Origin: Alphaproteobacteria bacterium | GTDB taxonomy: Bacteria; Pseudomonadota; Alphaproteobacteria; UBA6615 | Assembly (NCBI GenBank): GCA_003230015.1 | Contig: QIGO01000221.1 | Location: 2,449-66,448, forward strand | DNA: 64,000 bases | Reading direction: 5' to 3' | Shown here: positions 11,139 to 20,553 of the stretch, piece after piece | How positions within the stretch are numbered: the first letter of the stretch is position 1 | Layout of the letters: each line of letters starts with the position of its first letter | Notes under the pieces: model-generated | Databases searched by the model: none | Seen by the model: the letters and a program-made list of their open reading frames with translations, nothing else | Told to the model about the DNA's origin: nothing | Translations under genes and position numbers: made by a program

Positions 11139-11711
11139 TTACTCGGCGAGGTCTTCCAGTTGCCCTGAAATCTTTACCGTTGGAACCCGCTTATTGAGCT
11201 GTTCCAGGGCCGGGTCCGTCAAGTCGAACACGTTGCGGGCGACCACGACTTGCGATTGCGCCAGCACCACATCGACCCCTCGCTCAATCGCGATCTTGGC
11301 AATTTCCTCCAGCGCAAAGGTCTGGATCCGTTCCATTGTGCCCTCGAGGGCTTCGTCAAGGGTCTGTCGTACCGACCGCACCCGCTGCTGCAGTTCGGCG
11401 GCACGGCCCTGAAATTCCTTCACATTCTGCGCGAAGACCTCCGCCGAGACAAGCGCGCGCTGCTGCTGCAGCCCTTGATCCTCCTCGCGCAGCTTATTCT
11501 CTCTTTCGGTGATATCCTGTTGCACTTTCACGGAGAGTTCCTGCAGCTGTTCCCGGGCCGAGACGACCGCGGTCGCTTCGGTCATGATCCGTTCCAGGTT
11601 AACCACGGCGATAACGGCGGGCTCGCTGAGATCCTGTGCCTCGGCAGACCCTTGCCCCAATGCCATGGCCGCGCCAACAAAGGCACCGATTGCCAAGCGC
11701 GAAAGTCTCAT
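11139..11711 (-). CDS. skp: OmpH/Skp family periplasmic chaperone
   Basis: Signal peptide followed by a long Q/E-rich coiled-coil region; placed between bamA and lpxD. Confidence 0.85.
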   Translation of the reverse strand: MRLSRLAIGAFVGAAMALGQGSAEAQDLSEPAVIAVVNLERIMTEATAVVSAREQLQELSVKVQQDITERENKLREEDQGLQQQRALVSAEVFAQNVKEFQGRAAELQQRVRSVRQTLDEALEGTMERIQTFALEEIAKIAIERGVDVVLAQSQVVVARNVFDLTDPALEQLNKRVPTVKISGQLEDLAE

Positions 11712-11713
11712 AC

Positions 11714-14020
11714 CTAGAACCTCGTACCGAAGCTGAACCGAAACACTTCGGTCCTGTCGAAATCTTCTTTCAGCACCGCCTGCGCCAGGTCGAGACGCGC
11801 TGGTCCTAAGGGCGAGCGCCAGGACAGCCCAACACCAACCGAGGCCCTGATACTACCCGTATCGACAATACCCGTCCCGCTATCATCGACCGATGTCAGT
11901 GTACCAAAATCCGAAAACACCCGGGCGGTGATGCCCAGCTCCTCCGGTAGACCCAGCGGAAACTGTAGCTCGGCGGAGCCGGTCGCCGAAAGATTACCGC
12001 CAATCGCGTCATCCGTCACTATATCTCGTGGTCCCACGCCAGCACTGCTAAAGCCGCGCAGATTACTGTCGCCCACGAAAAATCGGTCCACCAGTCTGAC
12101 ATCTTCCCCAATTCCGACGATATAGCCCACTTCCCCGCGCAAGCTAGCCACCACGGAGGTATCGAACATCGGCAGAAAATAGCCCGCACCAAGCACATTC
12201 CGCAAATAGCTCACCGAGCCCCCGAGCCCGGCCACGTCGATTTGATACTTGCCAAAATAGCCATCCGTAGGCTCGGTCCGCCTGTCCAGGGCATCATAGA
12301 AAAACTCGTTGCTGATCACCGATGTAATGGCACTTCCCGCTTGCGACTGAATGACCCGCGACGCCGTGGCCTTGACATTGGCGATCTCTGTCCGCTCCAG
12401 CCCGTAGCGGATGTTATGGCGAATAGCATCGGTCAGTTGATAGCCTGACCGCAGGCCGACACCCGTGGCATCTTCCTCGAACGAGCTTTCATCCAGCAAA
12501 TCCGTGAGCCGGCGGAACACGTCAAATCCGGCGGTAAGGTCGCGATCGAGAAAGTACGGCTCGGTAAATCTCAGATCGATCTGCTGTTGTTTTTGCGCCA
12601 GCGTAAGGCCCAAGCGCAAATCTTGCCCTCGACCCAGTAAATTCCGCTCGCGTATGGAAACATCGCTCAGCAAGCCGGCCGTGGTGGAGAAACCCGCGCC
12701 CAGCGTCAGATCACCGGTCGACTGCTCCTCCACATCGACCGTGATAATCGTCCGATCCTCTTCCGACCCGGATCCCGTTTGCACTTCGACTTTGCTGAAA
12801 AAGCCCAGATTACCGAGACTTCGGCGCGAGCGCTGGAGTTTGGCGGTGCTGAAGGCATCCCCTTCCACGAGCCGGAATTCCCGCCGGATTACCTTATCCA
12901 GGGTGCGAACATTGCCGTTGATATCGATGCGTTCCACATACACCCGTGGCCCTTCGTTGACCTCATAGGTGATGTCGATCACCCGCGCGTCCCTGTCGCG
13001 GCTCACGCGGGGCCTTATATCGACAAAGGCGAATCCGCGCGCGCCAATGGCGTCGCTGAGCACGTTGATTGTTTCATCCACCTGTTCGGCGTCGTACCAC
13101 TCGCCCCCTTCGGATATCACCAGCGCCTTGAGTTCATCCGCGCTGATGTCCTTAAGGGAGCTTTCCAGGTCGATTTCGCCGAACCGATACCGCTGCCCCT
13201 CTTCGACGGTGAAGGTAATAATGAAATCCTCTTGATCCGGGGTCAGTTCCGCCACCGCCGAAGCCACCCGGAAATCCGCGTACCCCTCGGAAAGATAGAA
13301 GCGCCGCAGCAACTCCCTGTCGAAGGTCAGCCGATCCGGATCATAGGTGTCTTCAGTCGTGAAGATCTTATAAAACGCACTTTCCTCGGTCTGAATCACC
13401 CCGCGCAACGTACGATCGCTAAACAGGCTGTTGCCGATAAAACTCACCCGGCGGATGCCGGTCGCCGGCCCTTCATTGATCTCGAACACCAAATTGACGC
13501 GGTTTTGGTCCAGTTGGATCACTTTTGGATCGACCGTGGCCGCGAACCGCCCGGACCGCCGATACAACTCCAGCATCCGCGCCACGTCGGCTTGAACTTT
13601 TGTCCGGGTGAATACCACCCGCGGCCGCAGAGTGACTTCGCTTTCCAGCAATTCGTCGTCCAGGCGCTTATTGCCCTCGAAGGAGATCCTGTTGATGATC
13701 GGGTTTTCGACGACCTGAACGATCAGCCTGTCGCCTTCGCGGCGCAGCGCGACATCGGCGAAAAGGCCGGTATTGAACAGTCCCTTCAGCGAGGAATCCA
13801 TAAGCTCGACGTCAAAATCATCGCCGGGCTTGACTTCCATATAGGACATCACCGTGGCCGGATCGATCCGTTGCGTACCGACGACCTCTATTTCGCTGAT
13901 CCGTTCCTGCGCCACGGCCGGTTGATACGCCGGCAACAAGGCCGCTAGGCCAATCGCCAACCCCATGAATAATGGCCGCAATCGAACCGCCAGAATCGCT
14001 CTCGCCACCGTCCCCGGCAC
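11714..14020 (-). CDS. bamA: Outer membrane protein assembly factor BamA
   Basis: 768-aa protein with POTRA repeats and an Omp85 beta-barrel ending ...FRFSFGTRF. The start may be the downstream Met (MGLAIGLAALL). Confidence 0.92.
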   Translation of the reverse strand: MPGTVARAILAVRLRPLFMGLAIGLAALLPAYQPAVAQERISEIEVVGTQRIDPATVMSYMEVKPGDDFDVELMDSSLKGLFNTGLFADVALRREGDRLIVQVVENPIINRISFEGNKRLDDELLESEVTLRPRVVFTRTKVQADVARMLELYRRSGRFAATVDPKVIQLDQNRVNLVFEINEGPATGIRRVSFIGNSLFSDRTLRGVIQTEESAFYKIFTTEDTYDPDRLTFDRELLRRFYLSEGYADFRVASAVAELTPDQEDFIITFTVEEGQRYRFGEIDLESSLKDISADELKALVISEGGEWYDAEQVDETINVLSDAIGARGFAFVDIRPRVSRDRDARVIDITYEVNEGPRVYVERIDINGNVRTLDKVIRREFRLVEGDAFSTAKLQRSRRSLGNLGFFSKVEVQTGSGSEEDRTIITVDVEEQSTGDLTLGAGFSTTAGLLSDVSIRERNLLGRGQDLRLGLTLAQKQQQIDLRFTEPYFLDRDLTAGFDVFRRLTDLLDESSFEEDATGVGLRSGYQLTDAIRHNIRYGLERTEIANVKATASRVIQSQAGSAITSVISNEFFYDALDRRTEPTDGYFGKYQIDVAGLGGSVSYLRNVLGAGYFLPMFDTSVVASLRGEVGYIVGIGEDVRLVDRFFVGDSNLRGFSSAGVGPRDIVTDDAIGGNLSATGSAELQFPLGLPEELGITARVFSDFGTLTSVDDSGTGIVDTGSIRASVGVGLSWRSPLGPARLDLAQAVLKEDFDRTEVFRFSFGTRF

Positions 14021-14054
14021 ACTGCCCCCTCACCCATTTTGGCCCGCTCTTTCG

Positions 14055-15173
14055 TCAAGATATCAAAGCGACGAATTGCTTTATCAGCGGCAGGCGCACT
14101 AAATCGTTGAACGTGGCAAATACCATAAGCCCCAGGACGAACGCCAGCCCGATCTTGAGTCCGACATCTTGCGCCCGTTCTCCGGGAGGCTTTCCACGCA
14201 CAGCCTCGTAACCATAGAACAATAGATGACCGCCATCGAGTAAGGGAATGGGAAAAAGGTTAATCAGCCCAAGATTAATTGACAGGAAGGCCGCAAAGAT
14301 AATCAGCGAAGGCAAACCGGCGGCGGCGGCACTACCCGACATTTGCGCGATCCGGATCGGGCCGCCAAGCTCATCCGCCCCCCGGTCGCCGGAAACCATC
14401 TGCCCCAAAGCCGTTCCGGTGAGTGAAACAAGCCGTCCCGTCTCTCGTATCGCCTGCCAGACCGCCTGGAGAGGGTTCTGCCGCTTAAACACGCCGCCCA
14501 CGCCGACAATGCCAAGCACGCCGATGCTCTGCTCGTCACCAAGCAGATCCGTCTCCATCCTGACCCCTGGTGTCGCGGCAAGTTCCACCAGTCCCCCGTC
14601 CCGCTCGACGATGATTTCCACTTCCAGACCCGGATGCAGCCGGATCAGCTGCTGCACTTCTTCAAATCGCTGGATCGACCGGCCGCTGACTTCGACGATC
14701 AAATCGCCGGGCAGCAGGCCCGCCTCGGCTGCCGCCGAATTTGGCCGTACTTCGGAAACCTGCGCCGGAGTGAACGCCTGCCCGACGGTCATGAACAACA
14801 CCGCGAACACCACGATCGCGAACACGAAATTGGCAATCGGCCCCGCGGCCACGATCGCCGTTTTCTGCCCTAACCGCTTATAGAAAAACGACTCTTTCTT
14901 GTCCGCTTCACTGATTTCCTCACCGCCGTCATCATCTGGCCCCACATCGCTTTGGCCGAACATCTTGACATAGCCACCGAACGGGATGAGGCAGAATTTC
15001 CACCTTGTACCGGCTCGGTCTGTATACCCGAACAACTCCTTGCCAAAGCCGACGGCAAAGACTTCGACCCGCACGCCATTGCGCCGCGCCACCCAGTAAT
15101 GGCCGAATTCATGCACGAAAACGATCGGCGTCAGCACGACCAAGAACCAGAAAACGGTAACTATGAAGCCCAT
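14055..15173 (-). CDS. rseP: RIP zinc metalloprotease RseP (site-2 protease)
   Basis: HEFGH (HExxH) motif in TM1, a PDZ domain and an LDGG motif; conserved position next to bamA. Confidence 0.9.
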   Translation of the reverse strand: MGFIVTVFWFLVVLTPIVFVHEFGHYWVARRNGVRVEVFAVGFGKELFGYTDRAGTRWKFCLIPFGGYVKMFGQSDVGPDDDGGEEISEADKKESFFYKRLGQKTAIVAAGPIANFVFAIVVFAVLFMTVGQAFTPAQVSEVRPNSAAAEAGLLPGDLIVEVSGRSIQRFEEVQQLIRLHPGLEVEIIVERDGGLVELAATPGVRMETDLLGDEQSIGVLGIVGVGGVFKRQNPLQAVWQAIRETGRLVSLTGTALGQMVSGDRGADELGGPIRIAQMSGSAAAAGLPSLIIFAAFLSINLGLINLFPIPLLDGGHLLFYGYEAVRGKPPGERAQDVGLKIGLAFVLGLMVFATFNDLVRLPLIKQFVALIS

Positions 15174-15364
15174 CGCCGTATTTTCCCCGAAATTTTCGTG
15201 AAATTCCAGCTACCTGACCCGTAAAACAAAGGCCCAGCTACGCCAATTTTGATGCTACGGCCCAATACTTTCCCGGAGCCTAACAATGCTCATCCCTTCA
15301 AATCCATTACCAACAATGGTGCTACAACCCAATGATTACAACCCGATTGAGGGCCCGCATCGCT

Positions 15365-16153
15365 TCACAGAGGGGTCCTCACAAGCCACGCCGCGATCAC
15401 GAAAACCGGCGCGGCCACCAATAGTCCGTCAATCCGGTCCAATATCCCGCCATGGCCGGGAATCAGGCGCCCGAAATCCTTAACGCCGAACCGGCGTTTT
15501 GCCCAGGACGCGAAGAGGTCTCCGGCCTGTCCACTGATACCCAGCACCGCCCCAAGCAGCGGCGGCCAGGCACCCATACTGCCCGTACCGAGAACCATAC
15601 TCGCACCCCACCCGGCCACGGCCGCCGCGGTCAGCCCGCCGCCCAGTCCGGCCCAGGTCTTTTTCGGGCTGATAAGGGGTGCCAGCTTAGGCCCGCCGAT
15701 CAGCCTCCCGGCGCCATAGGCCCCTATGTCCGTCGCCCATATCACCACCAGCAGCCACAGCATCCCGTCGCGCCCGCTGCCGTCCGCGCTCAATATGGAC
15801 GCCACTGCCGCCGCCGGCAGCCCCAGATAGAGCACCCCGCCCGCCGACCAGACCGCCGGCAAACGGCGTTGCAGATCGCCGGCTGCAAACGCCAGCACCA
15901 CCGCGACCACCAGCACCGCCAAACCGGCAAACCCGCCGACCGAGCCGAAGATGATGAAGACAAGGGGTCCGCCGGCAAGTGCCACCAGTCCCGCCGCACC
16001 TTCCCGGCGCGCACACAAACGCCACCACTCGGCACCAGCCCCCGTAAGCGCCACCAACACCAGCAGCTCCAGCCAGGGAGACCCGGCCCACAGCGCCCAC
16101 AGCGCCACCCCACCAAGGGCCACCGCCGAGAATGTGCGCTTGAGAAGCTCCAT
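15365..16153 (-). CDS. cdsA: Phosphatidate cytidylyltransferase
   Basis: 262-aa polytopic membrane protein with the CdsA C-terminal signature (...KRRFGVKDFGRLIPGHGGILDRIDGLL). Confidence 0.9.
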   Translation of the reverse strand: MELLKRTFSAVALGGVALWALWAGSPWLELLVLVALTGAGAEWWRLCARREGAAGLVALAGGPLVFIIFGSVGGFAGLAVLVVAVVLAFAAGDLQRRLPAVWSAGGVLYLGLPAAAVASILSADGSGRDGMLWLLVVIWATDIGAYGAGRLIGGPKLAPLISPKKTWAGLGGGLTAAAVAGWGASMVLGTGSMGAWPPLLGAVLGISGQAGDLFASWAKRRFGVKDFGRLIPGHGGILDRIDGLLVAAPVFVIAAWLVRTPL

Positions 16154-16159
16154 TATCGA

Positions 16160-16897
16160 TTAGGAGGCGACCTGCGCCCCATAGCGCCGCTCGCGGCTGC
16201 TGAACTCCCGTACTGCTTCAGCCAGATGGCGTTTATCGAAGTCAGGCCATAACACGTCCATAAAAATTAATTCGGCATAGGCAAGCTGCCACAGCAGAAA
16301 GTTGCTCAGCCTCTGCTCGCCGCTGGTTCGCACCAGCAGATCCGGGTCGGGTATGCCCGCTGTCGCCAGCGCCCGGCCGACCAACTCGGCGTCGATGTCC
16401 TCCGGCGCCAGATTACCCGATTGAACATCGCACGCTAACCTGCGAAACGCCTCGGTCAACTCCTGCCGGCCGCCATAACTTAACGCCACCGTCAGTTGCA
16501 GCCCGGTGTTCGCTGCCGTTCGCTGCTCCACATCTTCGATCAGGGTCACGATATCCCCTGCCAGCGCTTGCCGGTCCCCGATCACGCGGATCCTCACATT
16601 GTTACGGGCAAGTTCATCCGCTTCGCTGCGCAGGTAACGCCGCAGCAGCCCCATGAGGTCGTCGATCTCACGCACCGGCCGCTTCCAGTTCTCGGCACTG
16701 AAGCCGAACAAAGTCAGGTAGGCGATGCCAAGCTCGCCGGCGGCCTTGACGGTACGTTTTACCGCATCAGCACCCCGCCGGTGCCCGGCCGTCCGTGGCA
16801 GGCCGCGCGCCGCCGCCCAGCGGCCATTGCCATCCATGATAACCGCAACATGTTTTGGCACCCTGACCTCGATATCGCTACGAAAAAGAACAGTCAT
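16160..16897 (-). CDS. uppS: Isoprenyl transferase (undecaprenyl-diphosphate synthase)
   Basis: HVAVIMDGNGRWA motif and the ERR motif near the C-terminus. Confidence 0.93.
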   Translation of the reverse strand: MTVLFRSDIEVRVPKHVAVIMDGNGRWAAARGLPRTAGHRRGADAVKRTVKAAGELGIAYLTLFGFSAENWKRPVREIDDLMGLLRRYLRSEADELARNNVRIRVIGDRQALAGDIVTLIEDVEQRTAANTGLQLTVALSYGGRQELTEAFRRLACDVQSGNLAPEDIDAELVGRALATAGIPDPDLLVRTSGEQRLSNFLLWQLAYAELIFMDVLWPDFDKRHLAEAVREFSSRERRYGAQVAS

Positions 16898-16900
16898 GTA

Positions 16901-17455
16901 TTAGACCTGCATGATCTCCTTTTCCTTCGTCGCCAGCATTTCGTCGACTTCTTTGATGATCTTGTCGGTCAGTGCCTGAATTTCTTCGCCCCGGTCATGC
17001 TGCTCGTCCTTGGGGATTTCCCCATCTTTTTCGAGCCGCTTCAAGCTGTCCATGCCGTCGCGGCGCACATTCCGGATGGCGACGCGCGCCTGCTCCGAAT
17101 ACCGTCCCGCGACTTTCGACAACTCGGCGCGCCGCTCCTCGCTGAGCACCGGGATGGGCACGCGAATAAGCGTCCCGTCCGTTTGTGGATTCAACCCCAG
17201 ATCGGATTCCCGAATGGACTTTTCCACCGCCTTGACCATGCTGTTGTCCCAGACCTGCACAGTCAGCATACGCGGCTCCGGCACGCTGATGGAACTAACC
17301 TGATTGATCGGCATCCGCGCGCCATAGGCCTCGACGGTGATGGCTTCCAGCAGGCCGGTCGAGGCCCGCCCGGTGCGCAACCCGGCAAATTCCTTGCGCA
17401 GCACCTCGACCGCGCCATTCATGCGCCTGGTGAGGTCTTTCAGATCCGCAGACAT
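16901..17455 (-). CDS. frr: Ribosome recycling factor
   Basis: 184-aa protein with typical Frr sequence ([17 protein letters not shown]). Confidence 0.93.
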   Translation of the reverse strand: MSADLKDLTRRMNGAVEVLRKEFAGLRTGRASTGLLEAITVEAYGARMPINQVSSISVPEPRMLTVQVWDNSMVKAVEKSIRESDLGLNPQTDGTLIRVPIPVLSEERRAELSKVAGRYSEQARVAIRNVRRDGMDSLKRLEKDGEIPKDEQHDRGEEIQALTDKIIKEVDEMLATKEKEIMQV

Positions 17456-17460
17456 AGCAG

Positions 17461-18186
17461 CTAAATCTCCCCTTCGATAAGAGTGTAGCGCCCTTCCCCG
17501 CAGACAACGCGAGCCATCTCGCCCGGCTCTTGAATCGAGAACACCACGATCGGAATCTCGTTTTCACGGCACAACGTAATTGCCGCCGCATCCATCAATT
17601 TCAGGTCTCGGCTCAACACCGAAAGATAGCTCAATTTGTCAATCCGCTGGGCGGTCGGATTCGTCGCCGGATCCGCGCTGTACACACCGTCGACTTTAGT
17701 GCCCTTCAGCAGGGCATCACAACCCATCTCCGAAGCCCGCAGCGCTGCCGCCGTATCCGTGGTGAAGAATGGGTTACCCGTACCGGCGGCAAAAATCACC
17801 ACCCGTTTTTTTTCCATATGGCGCACCGCGCGGCGCCGGATATAGGGCTCGCAGACTGTCGACATGGGAATCGCCGACATCACGCGCGTATGCACGGACC
17901 GAGTCTCCAGCGCGCTTTGCAGGGCCAGCGCGTTAATGACTGTCGCCATCATGCCCATATAGTCGGCCGAAGCCCGATCCATCCCCGCCGCCGCACCCGA
18001 GACCCCGCGAAAGATGTTGCCGCCGCCCACCACCAGGCAGATCTCGATTTCCATCCCATGAACGATTTTGACCTCGTCGGCGATCCGGTTGACCGTGGCC
18101 GGATCGAGGCCGAACTCGCGCTCGCCAATCAACGCCTCCCCCGAAACCTTGAGCAGTACGCGGCCGAAGATGGGTCTCTTAGACAT
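17461..18186 (-). CDS. pyrH: UMP kinase
   Basis: KVSGEAL and [10 protein letters not shown] motifs; 241 aa. Confidence 0.94.
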   Translation of the reverse strand: MSKRPIFGRVLLKVSGEALIGEREFGLDPATVNRIADEVKIVHGMEIEICLVVGGGNIFRGVSGAAAGMDRASADYMGMMATVINALALQSALETRSVHTRVMSAIPMSTVCEPYIRRRAVRHMEKKRVVIFAAGTGNPFFTTDTAAALRASEMGCDALLKGTKVDGVYSADPATNPTAQRIDKLSYLSVLSRDLKLMDAAAITLCRENEIPIVVFSIQEPGEMARVVCGEGRYTLIEGEI

Positions 18187-18290
18187 GTTCTATTTTCCGC
18201 CCTGGTTGGCGGCTCACCCGTGCCGCCTGTTCACTTTGGCTGCGGGGCCCCATACCTTGGCTAGCCGCCGCGGCGGACCCTTGAGTGTTT

Positions 18291-18329
18291 CCAGGGTCTG
18301 GTTTTGAGCCCATCAAAACCACCCCCTGG
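18291..18329 (-). other. Two-tier stem-loop in the tsf-pyrH intergenic region
   Basis: ccaggg...ggttttga-loop-tcaaaacc...ccctgg gives stems of 6 and 8 bp around an internal loop. No U-tract follows on either strand. Confidence 0.4.
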
Positions 18330-18334
18330 AGCGG

Positions 18335-19258
18335 TCAGCGACTGAGTTTCGCCACCTCTGCGGCAAAATCATCCTCCTTGCGCGCCACCCCCTCGCCAAG
18401 TCCAAAGCGCATGAAGCCACCGATGGAAACCGTCGTGCCGACCCTTTCGGCCACGGCCTCGACAACTTTGGAGATCTTGCTCTCATTGTCGACAACGAAC
18501 GTCTGTTCCAACAAGACCACTTCTTCATAATACTTTCGCAACCGCCCCTCGACCATCTTGGCGATGATCTCATCGGGTCGGCCCGACGCCTTTGCCTGTT
18601 CGCTCAACACATTGCGTTCGCGCTCCAGTGCGGCCCCGTCGACCCCGTTGATATCCAGGAATTGTGGCTGCGCTGCGGCGACATGCATCGCCAGTTGTTT
18701 CCCCAAGCCTTCCAGGCCCCCGGTCTCTCCGCTTGACTGCACACTGACCAGCACCCCGATCCGCCCCAGGCCTGGCGCGCTTTGATTATGCACATAACCC
18801 GCGACGACACCTTCCGGTACCGACAAGACGCTCACCCGCCGCAGCGTTATATTCTCGCCAATCGTCGCGATCAGGTTACTCACTTCTTCGGCGATCGTCC
18901 GGCTGCCTCCCGGATAGGTGGCCTTCAGCAGGCTTTCAAGCGACCCGTCCGATGCCAGGGCGACTTCCGCGACGGCTGACACGAACTGCTGAAACTGCTC
19001 GTTCCGGGCGACAAAGTCGGTTTCGCTGTTGACCTCCACCATGGCCCCGCGCCCGCCATCGGTACGCACGCCCACGAGCCCCTCGGCGGCCACGCGCCCG
19101 GCTTTTCTTGCCGCCGCCGAAAGTCCCTTTTTCCGCAGCCAGTCAACGGCCGCGTCCATATCGCCGCCGGATTCGCTCAGCGCCTTTTTGCAGTCCATCA
19201 TGCCGGCACCGGTGGTTCCACGCAGTTCTTTTACCAGCGCAGCTGTAACTTCAGCCAT
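18335..19258 (-). CDS. tsf: Elongation factor Ts
   Basis: The protein starts at [13 protein letters not shown] (internal Met of ORF 18335..19273), and an AGGA ribosome-binding site lies upstream. Hallmark residues [12 protein letters not shown]. Confidence 0.93.
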   Translation of the reverse strand: MAEVTAALVKELRGTTGAGMMDCKKALSESGGDMDAAVDWLRKKGLSAAARKAGRVAAEGLVGVRTDGGRGAMVEVNSETDFVARNEQFQQFVSAVAEVALASDGSLESLLKATYPGGSRTIAEEVSNLIATIGENITLRRVSVLSVPEGVVAGYVHNQSAPGLGRIGVLVSVQSSGETGGLEGLGKQLAMHVAAAQPQFLDINGVDGAALERERNVLSEQAKASGRPDEIIAKMVEGRLRKYYEEVVLLEQTFVVDNESKISKVVEAVAERVGTTVSIGGFMRFGLGEGVARKEDDFAAEVAKLSR

Positions 19259-19342
19259 TCCGTATTTCCTCAAATGCCCTAGCAGGTTGCTGAAGAAGTC
19301 CGGCGGGAATCAAAATGAAGACATTTTTCGCAGCAATTAGGA

Positions 19343-19383
19343 GTAGATTTGATCGCATATCGGGAATATGCGATCAAATCTAC
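19343..19383 (-). other. AT-rich 18-bp perfect inverted repeat (5-nt spacer) in the rpsB-tsf intergenic region
   Basis: gtagatttgatcgcatat-cggga-atatgcgatcaaatctac has no mismatches, and its GC content is far below that of the surrounding sequence. Confidence 0.6.
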
Positions 19384-19488
19384 GACGCAGTGATGCGGCA
19401 ATTGGATCATTTTGAGCCCGTCACGACTTTTTCAGCAACCTGCTAACTCGGCGACCAATCAAACCCGGCCCATGCACAGGCCGAAAAA

Positions 19489-20346
19489 CTATGATGCGGG
19501 AGGTGCGCCCTCCACGGCCGGTTCGCCAGCCGCGGCGGTCACAGGTTCGGCAACAACCGCACTTTCCTCGGCAGGCGCGGTTTTCGCCCCGTCCTCACCG
19601 GCAATCTCCGGTGCTTCCGGCTCCGCCGCCGCTCCGGTATCCACCCCTGACGCGGCAAGCTCTCGCTGCAGCCCATCGATAACCGCCCCTGCGAACAAAT
19701 CGCAATAGCACCTGATGGCCCGCATGGCATCGTCATTGCCCGGCACGGGATAATCCACCGAACTCGGATCGGAGTTACTATCGACAATACCGATCACGGG
19801 AATTTTCAGCTTCCGCGCCTCATGCACGGCAATCGCCTCTTTGTTGGTATCGATGACCACCAACACGTCCGGCCGGCCGCCCATCTCTTTAATCCCGCCC
19901 AGGGCAAGTTCCAGCTTGTCGCGGCGGCGCGTCAGTTTGAGCAGCTCTTTTTTGGTCAGACCGACACTTTCGTTCGACAGCCTCTCATCGAGATCGCGCA
20001 ACGACCTGATCGAATGCGACATCGTCTTCCAGTTGGTCAGCATCCCACCGAGCCAGCGGTGGTTTACATAATACTGGCCACACCGTTTGGCCGCTTCCGC
20101 GACGATCTCGCTGGCCGCGCGTTTGGTGCCGACGAACAGCACCCGCCCGCCATTGGCGGCAACATCGCGAACTTGGTTCAGCGCCCCATACAGAATCGGC
20201 ACGGTCTGGGTAAGGTCGATAATGTGGACCCCGTTTCGGCGGCCGAATAGATACGGCGCCATTTTCGGGTTCCAGCGTCTGGTCTGGTGCCCGAAATGCA
20301 CGCCGGCTTCCAGCAGCTGGCGCATGGTGAATGTTGGGACAGCCAT
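19489..20346 (-). CDS. rpsB: 30S ribosomal protein S2
   Basis: [29 protein letters not shown]...; 285 aa with an A/E/P-rich C-terminal tail. Confidence 0.94.
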   Translation of the reverse strand: MAVPTFTMRQLLEAGVHFGHQTRRWNPKMAPYLFGRRNGVHIIDLTQTVPILYGALNQVRDVAANGGRVLFVGTKRAASEIVAEAAKRCGQYYVNHRWLGGMLTNWKTMSHSIRSLRDLDERLSNESVGLTKKELLKLTRRRDKLELALGGIKEMGGRPDVLVVIDTNKEAIAVHEARKLKIPVIGIVDSNSDPSSVDYPVPGNDDAMRAIRCYCDLFAGAVIDGLQRELAASGVDTGAAAEPEAPEIAGEDGAKTAPAEESAVVAEPVTAAAGEPAVEGAPPAS

Positions 20347-20452
20347 CCTATTGTCCTTTTCCGGTTGAGCCTCCGCGGGGAGTCATCGGGCAGCAAATCT
20401 GCCAGACACCGGAACGACCAATCGGGATATCTCCCCGTTGACCGAACCCCGC

Positions 20453-20502
20453 GTGTGGGTTAAGCGCGCAAGCGCCAGGGTGTGGGTTGGCGCGCGAGCG
20501 CC
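20453..20502 (-). repeat. Tandem direct repeat (2 copies, 23-24 nt, period 27) in the rpsB leader/promoter region
   Basis: Copy 1 is gtgtgggttaagcgcgcaagcgcc and copy 2 is gtgtgggttggcgcgcgagcgcc. They lie ~105-155 nt upstream of the rpsB start and downstream of the dnaE stop. Confidence 0.55.
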
Positions 20503-20553
20503 GGGGGCGTATAGCCCGGCCCTCCGCCAATTGCAAGGCATAATCGCCCCGCC

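Noticed and set aside
12779-13948. 389-aa plus-strand ORF antisense to bamA. Similar long antisense or alternative-frame ORFs occur at 20815..22326 (503 aa, antisense dnaE), 29718..31070 (450 aa, antisense rnj), 36411..37517 (antisense nuoL), 37894..38907 (337 aa, alternative frame over nuoJ/nuoI), 42143..43318 (antisense nuoF) and 2881..3645 / 2921..3667 (inside comEC).
   Set aside because: These are typical stop-codon-poor shadow frames of a high-GC genome. Their products are Arg/Gly/Pro/His-rich and of low complexity with no recognisable domain. Each is fully overlapped by a well-supported conserved gene on the other strand or frame.
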